From: Pelagomonas calceolata
Taxonomy: Eukaryota
Length of the DNA stretch: 64,000 nucleotides
Reading direction: 5' to 3'
NCBI GenBank assembly: GCA_918797485.1
Contig: CAKKNE010000002.1
Location: forward strand, 2,914,001 to 2,978,000
Shown here: positions 11,327-22,241 of the stretch, piece by piece
Layout: every line of letters begins with the position of its first letter
Position numbering within the stretch: position 1 is the stretch's first letter
Translations under genes and position numbers: made by a program
The notes under the pieces: model-generated
The model's input: the letters and a program-made list of their open reading frames with translations, nothing else
The model's database searches: none
What the model was told of the DNA's origin: nothing

Positions 11327-12493
11327 TCAGACGGAGTTGGCGGCCACGGAGAAGACCGAGTCGGACGTGTCCGCGGCCACGGAGACTGTCTTCTCCGAGG
11401 GTAGATCGGACAGCGCGCCGTCGCCGGTGCCGTCCGAGGGCGCCGACGACGCGCCCAGCGTCGAGTCGGGCGACTTGGCGTCCCCGATGATCCCCTCCAT
11501 GGCCCGCAGCGACGCCTCGGTGCCTTGCCGCTCGCGCTCGCGCCGTTGTACGGCCTCGCGCGCGGCCAAGAGCTCGTGGACGAAGAGGGCCCCTATCAAC
11601 AGCAACCCACCAGCTAATGTGAAGGGCCCCGGTTTTTCGTTGTAGATGAGGAAGACCCAGAGCGGGCCCAGCACCGTCTCCAGCAGCGAACATAAGGACA
11701 CCTCCGCTCCTGTTATATACCTAGGTGCTATGGAAAAGGCCACGAAGATTCCCGCGATGGCGAACCCGTCTAACGCCATGCATAGATAAAACAATCCTGG
11801 AGACGAGACCTTGGGCACGATGCAGTCGCCCGTGACCAGCGTCGACAGGGACACCAGGACGAACGCGGCCAATGCACCAACAGTTGTTGCGAACGTGATC
11901 GGCACCCGCGGCCGCTCGCGCGCCGCGTGCCGCACAATGATCAAGTAGACGGCCACGGCCACGCCCACGTAGATCGCCGCGAGGTCGCCCCAGGGGCTGC
12001 CTTCCCGGCCTTTCTTGGTAGCGAGCTCGGGCCCAAACACCATGGCGATGCAACCCAAGGCAAAAATGCACGTGACGATGGTCCTTCTAGGTAAAACGTC
12101 TCCTAGGAGAGCGCATCCGAGTATCGCGCTCCACAGCACATTCAGCGAGTACCAGATCATCACTCGAGCCGCCGCGATAATTAAGAAGGCCAGAGAGAAT
12201 AAAACATCTAGCGAGATCTGCAGTCCCACCGCGGCCCAGAAGTGCTTCGGGCCCGTCTTGATGCGCTCATACAGTGATTTGACGACGCCTTCAGGTGGTG
12301 CGCTCTTCTTCTCAACATAAAAAACCCACGCGCACGTGAACCAGAACACGAAGAAGAACTTCCAGAAGAGGATGGAGGCCGTGTTCGCTCCTTGCGTCTG
12401 GGCCCACCTTAATAACACGGCGTCGGGCGTGACACATAAGACGCCCGCGGCGGCGATGGAGACGCCGCGCGCGCGGTCGGAGAGCTGGACCAT
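11327..12493 (-). CDS. DMT/EamA family transporter
   Basis: About 10 TM helices; LLETVLGPLWVFLIYNEKP...TLAGG EamA signature. Confidence 0.9.
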   Translation of the reverse strand: MVQLSDRARGVSIAAAGVLCVTPDAVLLRWAQTQGANTASILFWKFFFVFWFTCAWVFYVEKKSAPPEGVVKSLYERIKTGPKHFWAAVGLQISLDVLFSLAFLIIAAARVMIWYSLNVLWSAILGCALLGDVLPRRTIVTCIFALGCIAMVFGPELATKKGREGSPWGDLAAIYVGVAVAVYLIIVRHAARERPRVPITFATTVGALAAFVLVSLSTLVTGDCIVPKVSSPGLFYLCMALDGFAIAGIFVAFSIAPRYITGAEVSLCSLLETVLGPLWVFLIYNEKPGPFTLAGGLLLIGALFVHELLAAREAVQRRERERQGTEASLRAMEGIIGDAKSPDSTLGASSAPSDGTGDGALSDLPSEKTVSVAADTSDSVFSVAANSV

Positions 12494-12974
12494 TTTTTAT
12501 GTAGATGAGCAGGCGCGCGCTGCTCGGCTGCGCGAGAGCGCTGGACAGCTGCGCGGCAGCCGGGGCGCGCTCGCGTCGCGCGCTGGTTGGCTCCGCCGGC
12601 AACTAAAAGGTTTGTGTCGTGCGTTTGCGCGCGTTTTCGACGTGGCCTCAGATTTTTTGTCTCACAGCCTTTCTCTTGCCGCTCGCGGCTCGTCGTGCCA
12701 TGATCTTTATTCTGCCGTGTCAGCGTTCAAGTCTCCGAGGCAAAAGTTAAGTCTGTTTCACGACCCCCCCCTTTCCCGAGGGATAAGGTACCGCGTTTTG
12801 AACGCGAGAGCCGCAAGACGTGCGCGGGGCCGCAATATTTTGAGCTTGCGCGTGTGTGCCACTGCTCAAATTAGCCGTAGAGACAGCAGAGAAGCGCAGC
12901 ACCGCCGCCTCTCGCCTAGACGTCGTGAAACCAATAGTACAGCAGCCGCGCACCGCGGGAGCGCGCGAGTCACG

Positions 12975-15900
12975 ATGGACGCCAACGACACCCTCGCGCG
13001 GGTCCGCCAGACGCTGCCGGCCCTGAGCCACCCGCTGCGCGCCGTCCGCCGTAGGGCCCTCCAAAACGTGAAGTCGAAGCTCGAGATGGGCTTAGTTCGT
13101 TTGAGCGACTTACCAGCCCACGACGTCGTCGCGCACTCATTGACGCTAGCGGAGCATGAAGTGAATGAACCGACCGTCGAAAGTCTGAACACGGCCATCG
13201 CGTTGTTATTGGCCGTCGTCGAGACGCACGGGGCGGGCGCCGCTGCTTTAAGGAGCTGCGACGGCGTCGCGCGGCTCGAAGCGTTAAGGGAGCGCCTCGA
13301 CGTCCCTTCCAGAGCGGTCGAGGACTTATTAGCCGCTGCTTTAAGGACGCCCGGCGTGCTGCCCGAGACGCCAGTACCACCGCCGCGCCAGCCGAAGTTC
13401 TCGCCCGTGGAAGTCACGAGGCAGGAATCAGACGTGGAGGAGGAGGAAGAGGAGGAGGAAGAACCAGAAGTGGAGGAGGTGGTCACCGATAGGGCGCGGC
13501 TCGAAAAAGGCTGGCGCCCGGCGGCGCCGGAACTCTGTAGGGCAGATGAAAGGAGAGTTCTGGACATCGAGAAGCGCGTCGAGGAGGCGACGCAAGCTTT
13601 AGGGTCGCGACGAGGCGACGCGGCCGCCTCTGCGAGGGCGGCGGTCGTCCTCGCGGCTCTCAGAGATAACGCGGCCTCCGACCTGCCCGCGGCCGTCTGG
13701 CTCGAGCGACCTAGAGTATTAGCGTGCTTGGTGACCATCGCGGCCTCACCAGCATCACCGGCCAACGACCGCCCCGCGCGGTTCGTGGAGCAAGTCCGGC
13801 GGGACGCGTTAGATGCTCTCGCATCCATACTAGAAAAGCTCTCTCATTATGATTGCCCCCTGCAGTGCGACGCGGCGTCGGCGTGCGAAGCGCCGCCCAT
13901 CCACGCGCGGACGGACGACGAACGTTTACTACTTGATGCTGCACTGGAAACGTTCAAACGCCGCCACCCGAAGCGTTTAGGGCATGTTGTCGTGCCGGAC
14001 GACGACGACGAGACCACAGCCGATCCATTAAGAAGGAGCGCCCACCGCGACTCTCCGTTGTCGCTAGGTGGGGCCTGCGGCGCTTGCCTAGAAGCGGCAG
14101 CTCCTTTGTTAGCTTCCAACGATGCTAGAACAAGACATCTAGCAGGACGGGTCTGTATGGCATCAGTGCCGTTCGTCGTCGAGCCCATTACTCTACAGAA
14201 AACGTCTGCAGCGTTGTCACGTTCTAGAGTCGCGCGATGTTTACATGCGCTCGATGCGGCCGCGGCGTCGTCTGGCGACGCTCTGGTGGAACGATTGGCC
14301 GCGTCTCTGTTAGCTGGTCTAGCAAGGAGACAAGCGCACGTCCCGCCTCCCGCAAATTTGAGGAGGCGCGCGCGACTACGCGTCGTGGACGCTGCCAAAC
14401 GTGGAGACGCTCTGAGACCTGCGTTGGCAGTACTCGGCTTCGTCGGGAAGGATGAATTGAGGGCGGCAGATAAAGCGCATAATGCTGCATTAGATGGGGC
14501 GGCGCCCTTGCTATCCGCTTTATTGAGGGGCGACGCGTGGTCCGGAGATGGTTCGATGCTAGCGTCGCAGTGCCGCGCGTCACTAGATGTGGTGTTATCG
14601 TTACCGGACGAGCGCCCGTCGTCGCAGATGACCATGGTCGACGCGCCGTTGCCGCCGGAAGCGCGTGTGCGAGCCTCAAATGTCCTCATGCCCGATAACC
14701 CGCCTTCAAGAGCATCAATAGGAGAGGACTGCGCCGCGTGCTGCGTGTACGCCTGGTCTCGCCTGCCGGACGCACAACTTAGTGGAGTGGTCCTTTCCTT
14801 ATTACAACGGTTCAACACGAGGAGAGCGGCCACGGAAGCGTTACTAGCGGAAACAGCCCCAGCATGCGTCGCGCCGCCCGACGCGTCCATCTGGGCCGCC
14901 GAAAACTTAATGAGGCCGGACCCGGGCCGCGCCGCGTACCGCCTGGCCTCTTCAGATTCACCGTGGCGCGCTCAAGTGTTGAGGCAGCGACTCTTGTCGG
15001 ACGAAGCGTCTACGATTCGGAGGTGGCTATGTAGGGTCGGCGCCTTCGACCAAGACGAGCGGTGCCGCGCGGCCTCCAGACAACTAGTCCGGGACGCGGC
15101 GGCTTTATCTCCCAGGGGAGCGTTCTCCGGCGAAGACGCCCCCTATTTGGAAGCGCAAGGTTTGAGAGGATTGTGCGCCGGCTCGAATCCCATTTCATCG
15201 CTAGCGCGAGCGTTATTTGCGAGAGAACAGGAACCGCGCCGGCAGGCGGCTTTAGAACTGTCCCAGAGATTAGATGTTCGCGCGAGCGCACCGGACGTTC
15301 TAGTGGAGGCGGAACTTTCCCAAAGAGACGCATCCGACGAATTTATTAAGAGAAGCGTCGAGCCGGAACAGCTCGACTTGCTAGCAAGGGCGTACGCGCG
15401 ATGTGCCGCATCGTCTGACTTCCTGCCGAGCGAGGTCGCCGCCCGAGAACTACGGGACGCTCTACTAGCTTATGACGGCTGTCTGGACGCGTCGCCAGAT
15501 TTAGCGGCCGCGGCGGCGGCGGCGGCGGGCGCGCTCGGAGATCAGCCTTTTGGCGCGCGGGCCCGAGCGGCGGCTCGAGTCTTACTTGGGTTATGTTGGC
15601 GATTACCGGCTTTGCACGAGGGCTCGCTGCTTGATCTGGTGCTCCGGGCGGCGTTTGTGGCACCTGAAGATCATGACGGCATGTGGGACGACCGCGGCGC
15701 GCGGGCGTGTCTCTTCGCGTGCGCGTCTGCGATTGCCTTCAGCGACGGCGAGGCCTACGCTTCTTCGGAAAAGCCCTTCGACGCGAATCTGGGCGAGGTC
15801 TTCGCGCCCGTTGGTCAGAGCTGCGGCTCGAAGCTCGCCTGGCGCCTCGCTTCATCAGATGAGTCTCCTGAAACGACGCCATCAAAAGCGGCGGGCGCGG

Positions 15901-18900
15901 CCGCCGCGCGGTCCGCGCTGGCGGCCCTGGCGAACGGTGGCACTTCCACCGACCAAAGTGTCGAGCAGCTGCTGGAGAAGTGCGCGTCGGCGACTTCGAG
16001 ACGAGAGTATGACGACGCCGTGCACGGCCTACTCTCAGCGTTAGTTACGGATAGGCACCACGCCACGAAGACCATCATCGAACGGGACTGGGCGCGCGCG
16101 TTTGAAAGGCCTTTAAGCGTCCAGCCGCGAGGCAGGAAGGAACGTAGGTCTTTGAGGGCTACATTAGGTGTCCTCGACGCGGTCGCGTCTTCCTTAGATC
16201 CGTTAGATGCTAGATGGAGGGATTTGGCACAATCAACTTGTGAGGTAGTAGCACCAGCGGGATTACAGGGCGAAAGCGACGGCTTACCCAGTACCACATG
16301 CGCCTTCCTCGCGACGTTGTGTCAAAAGGCGCCGCGCTTCGCCCTCGACTCGAACGACGCCGAGCGACTCCTCATACGATTATTAGATAAGGGTCCATTG
16401 CACAACGCACCAGCGAAGGACACGGTCGCGGCGGTCACGGCCGCGACGCTATTGCTCGACCGCCTCGCGCCGAACGAGTATGTGGTCAGGAGGAGACTCG
16501 CGGAGACCTTCGTTAGATTATGTGCGCCGACGGCGTGCTCGCCCCCGGACTCCTTTTTTGGGAGGAACGCTTTGGTGAGTGCTTTGCGCGGATTGAGAAA
16601 GCTGGGAAAGCAAGCTCGCCAAATAGCCGCGTCGCCGTCGTCACCACCAGCGTACTTCGACGGCGACATTCTCGGCACGCCGAACATGGTCTGGCTCTCT
16701 AGATTATTATGCGACCGCGGTGCAGAATGCAGAGCCGCCGCGTATCTGTTGGCCGCGGACTGCGCGTCGTTTGACTTCGGCTATGATTTACTGGTCAGAG
16801 AAGGAGACCCGCTGGACGCGGCCCACCTCGCGGGACGGTGCGCGTCGGACGTCACGGAGGCGGCGTGCGTGCGCGGCGCGGCCTGCACGTTACTGGCGGC
16901 GTTAGTGACACCGTCGAGGCGAGAGGCCCACGCCGCGAACGCCTCGGAACGGGCGTTGCGAGCCTTGAGTGAAGACAACAAGAAAGACCCCGCCTTTTCG
17001 GCGGGAGCCTGCCACCTCGCGCTGGCCTTAACCGTGGCGCCGGCGCCGTCGCAACGGCCGGAGGCGGCGGGCTACGCGCCCCTCAAGGAAAGCGTGGCGC
17101 GCCACTGCTCCGTACTAGCGAGCGTCGGGGGCGTCAACCGCAAGCAGGCCTGCGTCTTGGCCACGAAAGCATCCGAAAGGATCGGCGAGATCAAGATCGA
17201 CGCGCAGCACCTCGCGACGCTGGGCCTGGTGCCCCAGACCATCGCCACGGCCGACCTAGGTACGTGGCGCCACGCGCTTAGAGGTGGTGTTCCTAGTGGA
17301 GACGGCTTGCCATCCATAGCGGCGCAACGACTTGTGGACGGTGCTCTGAAGAGTGCGGACGCCGCGAGTGCGAGGGCGTGGCGGGCGTTACGCGCGTTAG
17401 TGACCTTACATCGAGGCCGGGACGCCGTCTTAAGCGCCGACGGCGTGGCCAAGTGCGTCCAGTGCGTGGCCGGCGCTTCCGTTAGAATCGCTGCTGGTGA
17501 ATCAACGGCTACGGTGGCCTTCTCGGAGGCGGCTGAGTGCCTCTCTATATTAATCGCGGGCGACGTCGACGCCCAAGGCGACGCGCTGCGGGCCTCCGAT
17601 GCTTTAGGTGTGGACGGCAAGTTTCCCCTCGTCGTCGCGGCGGCGTGTGCTACCATTATTGCTTCCAAAACTTCTGGAGCGACAATCGCAGCAGCAGCCA
17701 GAGCGGCGCACGCCGTCGTGGCCGCGCCGCGGTGGCGGCGCGCGCTCGACGAGCCTCGATTAGATGCGCTCGGTGCGGCGCTCATGCGACGCGACGCGCA
17801 GCGCGTGGCGTCGGCGCCCTTCGAGGGGCCCGACGAAAATAGTGACGCTTCTGAAGCGGACGCGGCCTGCGGCGCCGCCTTCGCCGCGGTGCTGGACGCG
17901 TCGCCAGCATGTAGAAAGCGCGCGCGGACAGACGGCTGTTCGATTGAGAGACGGTTGGTAGCCTTGGCGAACGCCGCCGAGCTCTCTACGAGCGGCGGCC
18001 ACGCCGAGTCGCACCCGGTGCAGACCGTTGATCAAAAGGCTTGCAGGACGGTCGCGGCCCACGCGAGGGTTGTTGCAGCATCTTTGAGAAGAGGCGCGCG
18101 GGACGACGAGGACTTCCGCGAGATGAATTTGGCCGCGCTCGCGTCGACCCTACGCAAGGCCTGGCCCTTCGTCAAGGCCGCCTCGACGCTCGAGGACGAG
18201 ACCGGCGGCCCGGGCGGCGACGCCCTCGACGCCCTCAACAGATGCGCGTTAGCATTGGCCAACGCCGGCGACGAGGGTTGTGTTGCTGTGGCGGCATCGG
18301 ACTCGTCCAAGAAGGTCAGAAGGGCGGCGGGCGACCATTCGTTGGCGAGATGCCTGATGGACTCGGCCGTGAGAGGTGAACTAGCCATCAGCCCGGCCGC
18401 GGCGCGCGACGCCGACGCGACGGCTTTAGTGGTCTCAAAGAGATGCGCCGTCGCTTGTGCGGCGTTAGCGAAACTCGCCCAGGCGCCCTGTAGAGGCGCG
18501 GTGATCCAGGGCGGCTTCGTCAAGGATTCTGTGGTGGCCTTGCGGCGGTTAGCCGCGGCAGCACATGCGCCGGCCTCGCGCGTTTCTTACACTGTACGAT
18601 CGTCTAGAAACGCGCGCGCCGAAGCGCTCCTGGGGACCTTGGTCAGTGCGACGATGTATCCTGACGCGCAACGCGCGTTGCTGGACGAGCCGCAGACCGC
18701 CGAATTGCTCCTGGACTTGTGCCACTACTACGGCGCGCCTCAAACCAGATCATACAGTTCTCCCGGTGGTGTCGATTATACGCCGACGCGGGAACCGTTA
18801 TATCCGGGCGCGCGGGCGCGGACGGCGTCTTTGTTGAGAAATCTGGCGTTGCTGCGGCGGAACAAGGGCCGCATCCTCGCGCAGCCGCCCCTCGTGTCCT

Positions 18901-19148
18901 TCTTACTGGACGCGCTGCGGGCGCCGCCGGCCGTCGTCTCGGCGTCCGCCACTGCGTTGTGGGCCCTCGTGCACCACTCGGAAAAAGCCAGGGGCCTCGT
19001 CAAAGCTGATGGGTTGCGCGCCGTCCACGCGGCGGCGCGCGCGATCGATGATCAGACGGCCTTTTCCCGAGGTTCGGGCGAGGACGCGCATCATTTGAGA
19101 GGTGCGCAGCGCGCTTTGGCGCATTTGCGCGCGATCCTGGCCGAATGA
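12975..19148 (+). CDS. RTTN: Rotatin-like centriole/cilium armadillo-repeat protein
   Basis: N-terminal LSHPLRAVRRRALQNVKSKLEMGLV resembles RTTN_N; about 2050 aa of helical repeats; C-terminal ALWALVHHSEKAR. The 12336-12974 extension is treated as non-coding. Confidence 0.75.
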   Translation: MDANDTLARVRQTLPALSHPLRAVRRRALQNVKSKLEMGLVRLSDLPAHDVVAHSLTLAEHEVNEPTVESLNTAIALLLAVVETHGAGAAALRSCDGVARLEALRERLDVPSRAVEDLLAAALRTPGVLPETPVPPPRQPKFSPVEVTRQESDVEEEEEEEEEPEVEEVVTDRARLEKGWRPAAPELCRADERRVLDIEKRVEEATQALGSRRGDAAASARAAVVLAALRDNAASDLPAAVWLERPRVLACLVTIAASPASPANDRPARFVEQVRRDALDALASILEKLSHYDCPLQCDAASACEAPPIHARTDDERLLLDAALETFKRRHPKRLGHVVVPDDDDETTADPLRRSAHRDSPLSLGGACGACLEAAAPLLASNDARTRHLAGRVCMASVPFVVEPITLQKTSAALSRSRVARCLHALDAAAASSGDALVERLAASLLAGLARRQAHVPPPANLRRRARLRVVDAAKRGDALRPALAVLGFVGKDELRAADKAHNAALDGAAPLLSALLRGDAWSGDGSMLASQCRASLDVVLSLPDERPSSQMTMVDAPLPPEARVRASNVLMPDNPPSRASIGEDCAACCVYAWSRLPDAQLSGVVLSLLQRFNTRRAATEALLAETAPACVAPPDASIWAAENLMRPDPGRAAYRLASSDSPWRAQVLRQRLLSDEASTIRRWLCRVGAFDQDERCRAASRQLVRDAAALSPRGAFSGEDAPYLEAQGLRGLCAGSNPISSLARALFAREQEPRRQAALELSQRLDVRASAPDVLVEAELSQRDASDEFIKRSVEPEQLDLLARAYARCAASSDFLPSEVAARELRDALLAYDGCLDASPDLAAAAAAAAGALGDQPFGARARAAARVLLGLCWRLPALHEGSLLDLVLRAAFVAPEDHDGMWDDRGARACLFACASAIAFSDGEAYASSEKPFDANLGEVFAPVGQSCGSKLAWRLASSDESPETTPSKAAGAAAARSALAALANGGTSTDQSVEQLLEKCASATSRREYDDAVHGLLSALVTDRHHATKTIIERDWARAFERPLSVQPRGRKERRSLRATLGVLDAVASSLDPLDARWRDLAQSTCEVVAPAGLQGESDGLPSTTCAFLATLCQKAPRFALDSNDAERLLIRLLDKGPLHNAPAKDTVAAVTAATLLLDRLAPNEYVVRRRLAETFVRLCAPTACSPPDSFFGRNALVSALRGLRKLGKQARQIAASPSSPPAYFDGDILGTPNMVWLSRLLCDRGAECRAAAYLLAADCASFDFGYDLLVREGDPLDAAHLAGRCASDVTEAACVRGAACTLLAALVTPSRREAHAANASERALRALSEDNKKDPAFSAGACHLALALTVAPAPSQRPEAAGYAPLKESVARHCSVLASVGGVNRKQACVLATKASERIGEIKIDAQHLATLGLVPQTIATADLGTWRHALRGGVPSGDGLPSIAAQRLVDGALKSADAASARAWRALRALVTLHRGRDAVLSADGVAKCVQCVAGASVRIAAGESTATVAFSEAAECLSILIAGDVDAQGDALRASDALGVDGKFPLVVAAACATIIASKTSGATIAAAARAAHAVVAAPRWRRALDEPRLDALGAALMRRDAQRVASAPFEGPDENSDASEADAACGAAFAAVLDASPACRKRARTDGCSIERRLVALANAAELSTSGGHAESHPVQTVDQKACRTVAAHARVVAASLRRGARDDEDFREMNLAALASTLRKAWPFVKAASTLEDETGGPGGDALDALNRCALALANAGDEGCVAVAASDSSKKVRRAAGDHSLARCLMDSAVRGELAISPAAARDADATALVVSKRCAVACAALAKLAQAPCRGAVIQGGFVKDSVVALRRLAAAAHAPASRVSYTVRSSRNARAEALLGTLVSATMYPDAQRALLDEPQTAELLLDLCHYYGAPQTRSYSSPGGVDYTPTREPLYPGARARTASLLRNLALLRRNKGRILAQPPLVSFLLDALRAPPAVVSASATALWALVHHSEKARGLVKADGLRAVHAAARAIDDQTAFSRGSGEDAHHLRGAQRALAHLRAILAE

Positions 19149-19181
19149 CTCCCCTTTCCCCACCTCACTGATAAGTAGGAA

Positions 19182-21974
19182 TTACACGACTCCCAGCGAG
19201 TTCTTCCGCTCCATGAAGTCCTCATCGTCATCAACCTTCTTCGAGGGGGCCGAAGCGCCCCAGGAGACGATCCAGCCCATTCGGTTGCCGAACAGGTTCA
19301 GCTTCCTGAGAATATCAAGGGGCAGCACTAATGAAGCCCAAAAAGCACAAACCCCAACATCGTGCATCGACAGCGCTTCGGTCCCAAAAACGCGCTGCCC
19401 GAAAGCCGTGTATACTACTAACAACTGCCCAACCAAACAGCAAGCAATGGCCACGACAAACGCCTTGTTCGCAAAGACCGGCAACCGAGAAGTACCGACC
19501 AACGCCACGTCCGAGCGACAAGTCAAGGCATTGACCATGTCATAGAGCACGAAAGTCGTAAAGGTCATCGTCGTGTCGTGCCTCGTGCTGCTATCGATAC
19601 CGTCCTTGGCGAATTCCGACGAGAAGACGTAGAGCGTGCCTGCCGTTACTAATGCCGCTGATGAGAGCACTCGGCGCGCCATTTTATCCGTGATGACTGG
19701 CTCGTCTCGCTTTCTTGGGGGCTGTAATTTGACTGCAGAATCACACGGTTCCACGCCCAACGACTGCGCCGGGGGCCCGTCCATGATGATGTTGATCCAC
19801 AACACCTGGGTCGGGTTTAGGGGAGGTGGTAACCCAAGCACCTTTGCCCCTGCCACGATACCCAAGGCAGCTAAAGAAGTGGACAACTGGAAGGTCAGGA
19901 AGTTCCGGATGTTGTGGAAGATGGCCTTCCCTTCGTCCACCGCGGCCACAATGCTCCCGAGCTCGTCGTCGGCTAGGACGACGTCCGCCGCCTCCTTGGC
20001 CACGTCCGTACCTATCTTTCCCATCGCCACGCCGACGTCCGCCGCTCTGAGAGCTGGGGCGTCATTTACTCCATCCCCGGTCATCGCTACCACTCTTCCC
20101 GCTTGCCTTAAGAGTCGTACGACGGCCAACTTGTGTCGCGGGGACACGCGATAGAGGACAGCAACGCGCTGCACGACGGATGAGACCCGATCCGGATCTC
20201 TTCGAGGCGAGCCACAAAAAAGTGTACCTCCGGGAGTATCTTCATCGGTCAAATCGGAGGCCTTCAGGGATCCTGACGCTAATTGATCTAGTTCGGAACC
20301 TGACAGTACTAAACCGTCTCCCAATATACCTACTTTCTTCGCGATGGCGACGGCCGTTTCCCGCCCATCGCCCGTGAGCATCACCACCCGCGTGCCTCTC
20401 TCATGTAACTCAGTCACGGCCTGTAGCGCGGATTCGCGAGGCGGGTCGGCCAAGCCAACCAATCCCAACAGTTGCGTCGTCCTCCCATCAGATTTCAGCA
20501 ATGCTAATACTCGTAAACCTCGAACGGCCATCTGCGAGTTCTCATCTGCCCATTTTTGCTCCGCGTCGAAGTTGAGCGACTCCAGAGCTCCTTTCACATA
20601 GGTGAACGTGCCGTTCTTGTCCTTCACGCGCACCTCCATCCTCTTACGTTCGGAGGAGAAGGCGACTTCACTGACTCGCGTCGTCCTAGATCTTCTGTCT
20701 ACTACTCCTAGCTCTTCCGCCGCGGCGAGTAATGCGACTTCGGTAGGATTGCCGTGCTGGACCGTCGCGTTGGAACAAAGGCAACACGCGTCGAAGCACG
20801 CTTCGATGGAACCAGGCAATCCTAGATCCGTGCGCCATTCCCGATCCCCATCCCTCCGACACTCCCATTTCCCATCTAACGTTCTTCTCAAGGACCAAGC
20901 ACCGCATTTAGCCTCGGCGACCTTCATCGAACCCTGCGTGAGCGTGCCCGTTTTGTCGCAGCACAGGACGTCGGCACAGCCCAGTGCTTCGACAGCCGGC
21001 AGTCTTTTCACGATCGCATTTCTCTGGGCTATTCTCATCACACCTAACGCTAGTGTTACAGCGACGCAAATAGGTAAACCTTCCGGTATGGCTGCTACTG
21101 CTAAAGAAACGCCGACCGTGAAGACTCCAAGTAACGATTCGCCTCGGAGTAGACCAACTAATCCTATAACGACGATGACCGCGATTGATGCGGCAGAAAG
21201 CTTCCTTCCTAGAGCGTCCATGCCCTGCTGTAGAGGGGTTCTTCCTGGTTCCAGCGACTCCAACTCTTGCGCAGCAGCTCCCACCTCGGTCTTGGCTCCG
21301 ACCGTGATCACAACCGCTCGTCCTCGTCCAAAACGCACGAACGTACCCGCAAATAATATAGTGCGACACTCCGCTAGAGGCACTTGATCCGTCGTCGGTA
21401 AATCACCGGTCCAGTCCCGAGACTTCGACACGGGTTCCGACTCGCCAGTGAGCGAGGACTCGTCGACGACCAACTCCACGGCTTCTACTAACCTACAGTC
21501 CGCCGGGACTCTATCGCCGGTCGAGATGACCACGACGTCTCCTGGAACTAAATCCGCAGCGGCCACGTCCGCCGCCGGCAGGCCCGACCGCACCACTAAG
21601 CATCTAGGCGGCACCAAGCCGGCTAGAGCTTCTAAAGTTCTAGCCGAATTACTTTCCTGGATGTAGGCGATCGTCGTCACGATGAGCACGGCCACCGCTA
21701 TCGAAATGGCGTCATCATATTGCCCTAGCAACGAGGAGACCACAGCGGACGCGAACAACAACAAAATCAGAGGCTCCTTGAGCTGCTCCAAAAACTTCGC
21801 GCAGGCCGTCTCCTCTTCCGTCTTGGCGAGCTCGTTCGGGCCCGAGATCTGGCGCCTCCGATCAACTTCTTGCGCGGCGAGGCCGTCGTCGGCGTGGGCG
21901 CCGAGTCGTTCTAGGGCTTCTTTCGGCCCGCAGGTGACGATGGCGCGCGTGGCTGCTCTTTCGAACTGGTCCAT
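19182..21974 (-). CDS. PMR1: P2A-type Ca2+/Mn2+-transporting ATPase (SPCA/PMR1 type)
   Basis: DESSLTGES, AAIPEGLP, DKTGTLT, TGDGVNDAPAL, FQLSTS, WINIIMDGPPAQSLGVEP (SPCA-specific). Confidence 0.92.
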   Translation of the reverse strand: MDQFERAATRAIVTCGPKEALERLGAHADDGLAAQEVDRRRQISGPNELAKTEEETACAKFLEQLKEPLILLLFASAVVSSLLGQYDDAISIAVAVLIVTTIAYIQESNSARTLEALAGLVPPRCLVVRSGLPAADVAAADLVPGDVVVISTGDRVPADCRLVEAVELVVDESSLTGESEPVSKSRDWTGDLPTTDQVPLAECRTILFAGTFVRFGRGRAVVITVGAKTEVGAAAQELESLEPGRTPLQQGMDALGRKLSAASIAVIVVIGLVGLLRGESLLGVFTVGVSLAVAAIPEGLPICVAVTLALGVMRIAQRNAIVKRLPAVEALGCADVLCCDKTGTLTQGSMKVAEAKCGAWSLRRTLDGKWECRRDGDREWRTDLGLPGSIEACFDACCLCSNATVQHGNPTEVALLAAAEELGVVDRRSRTTRVSEVAFSSERKRMEVRVKDKNGTFTYVKGALESLNFDAEQKWADENSQMAVRGLRVLALLKSDGRTTQLLGLVGLADPPRESALQAVTELHERGTRVVMLTGDGRETAVAIAKKVGILGDGLVLSGSELDQLASGSLKASDLTDEDTPGGTLFCGSPRRDPDRVSSVVQRVAVLYRVSPRHKLAVVRLLRQAGRVVAMTGDGVNDAPALRAADVGVAMGKIGTDVAKEAADVVLADDELGSIVAAVDEGKAIFHNIRNFLTFQLSTSLAALGIVAGAKVLGLPPPLNPTQVLWINIIMDGPPAQSLGVEPCDSAVKLQPPRKRDEPVITDKMARRVLSSAALVTAGTLYVFSSEFAKDGIDSSTRHDTTMTFTTFVLYDMVNALTCRSDVALVGTSRLPVFANKAFVVAIACCLVGQLLVVYTAFGQRVFGTEALSMHDVGVCAFWASLVLPLDILRKLNLFGNRMGWIVSWGASAPSKKVDDDEDFMERKNSLGVV

Positions 21975-22183
21975 GGTTTTGATTCGGGCTTCGCGCCGGC
22001 GTCGTCGGCTGCGTCGGCTGCCTAGCGGTTAGCAGGGGGCCGGGCTTGCCAGGGCTTCGTCCGGCAGCGCCGGCTTCACAGCTGAGCGTTCAGGGGTCGC
22101 GGCAGAGTAGTCCGCGGGTACCCACAGGTCGCGAAACTGCCCAGCTGCTAAATTTGGAAAAAGCCCGAGGCCAAATTTTTCGC

Positions 22184-22207
22184 GCTAGCGTCCTGTAAGA
22201 CACTAGG
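22184..22207 (+). promoter_or_regulatory. Intergenic palindrome-like motif copy 4
   Basis: GCTAGCGTCCTGTAAGACACTAGG; 210 bp upstream of the ATPase start. Confidence 0.65.
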
Positions 22208-22241
22208 AATTGATTTTTATAGAGCTTGTACACAAAAAAGA

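Noticed and set aside
12336..12974. 213-codon N-terminal extension of the rotatin ORF overlapping the EamA gene
   Set aside because: GTG start and low-information sequence; the rotatin-like N-terminal signature begins just after the ATG at 12975.
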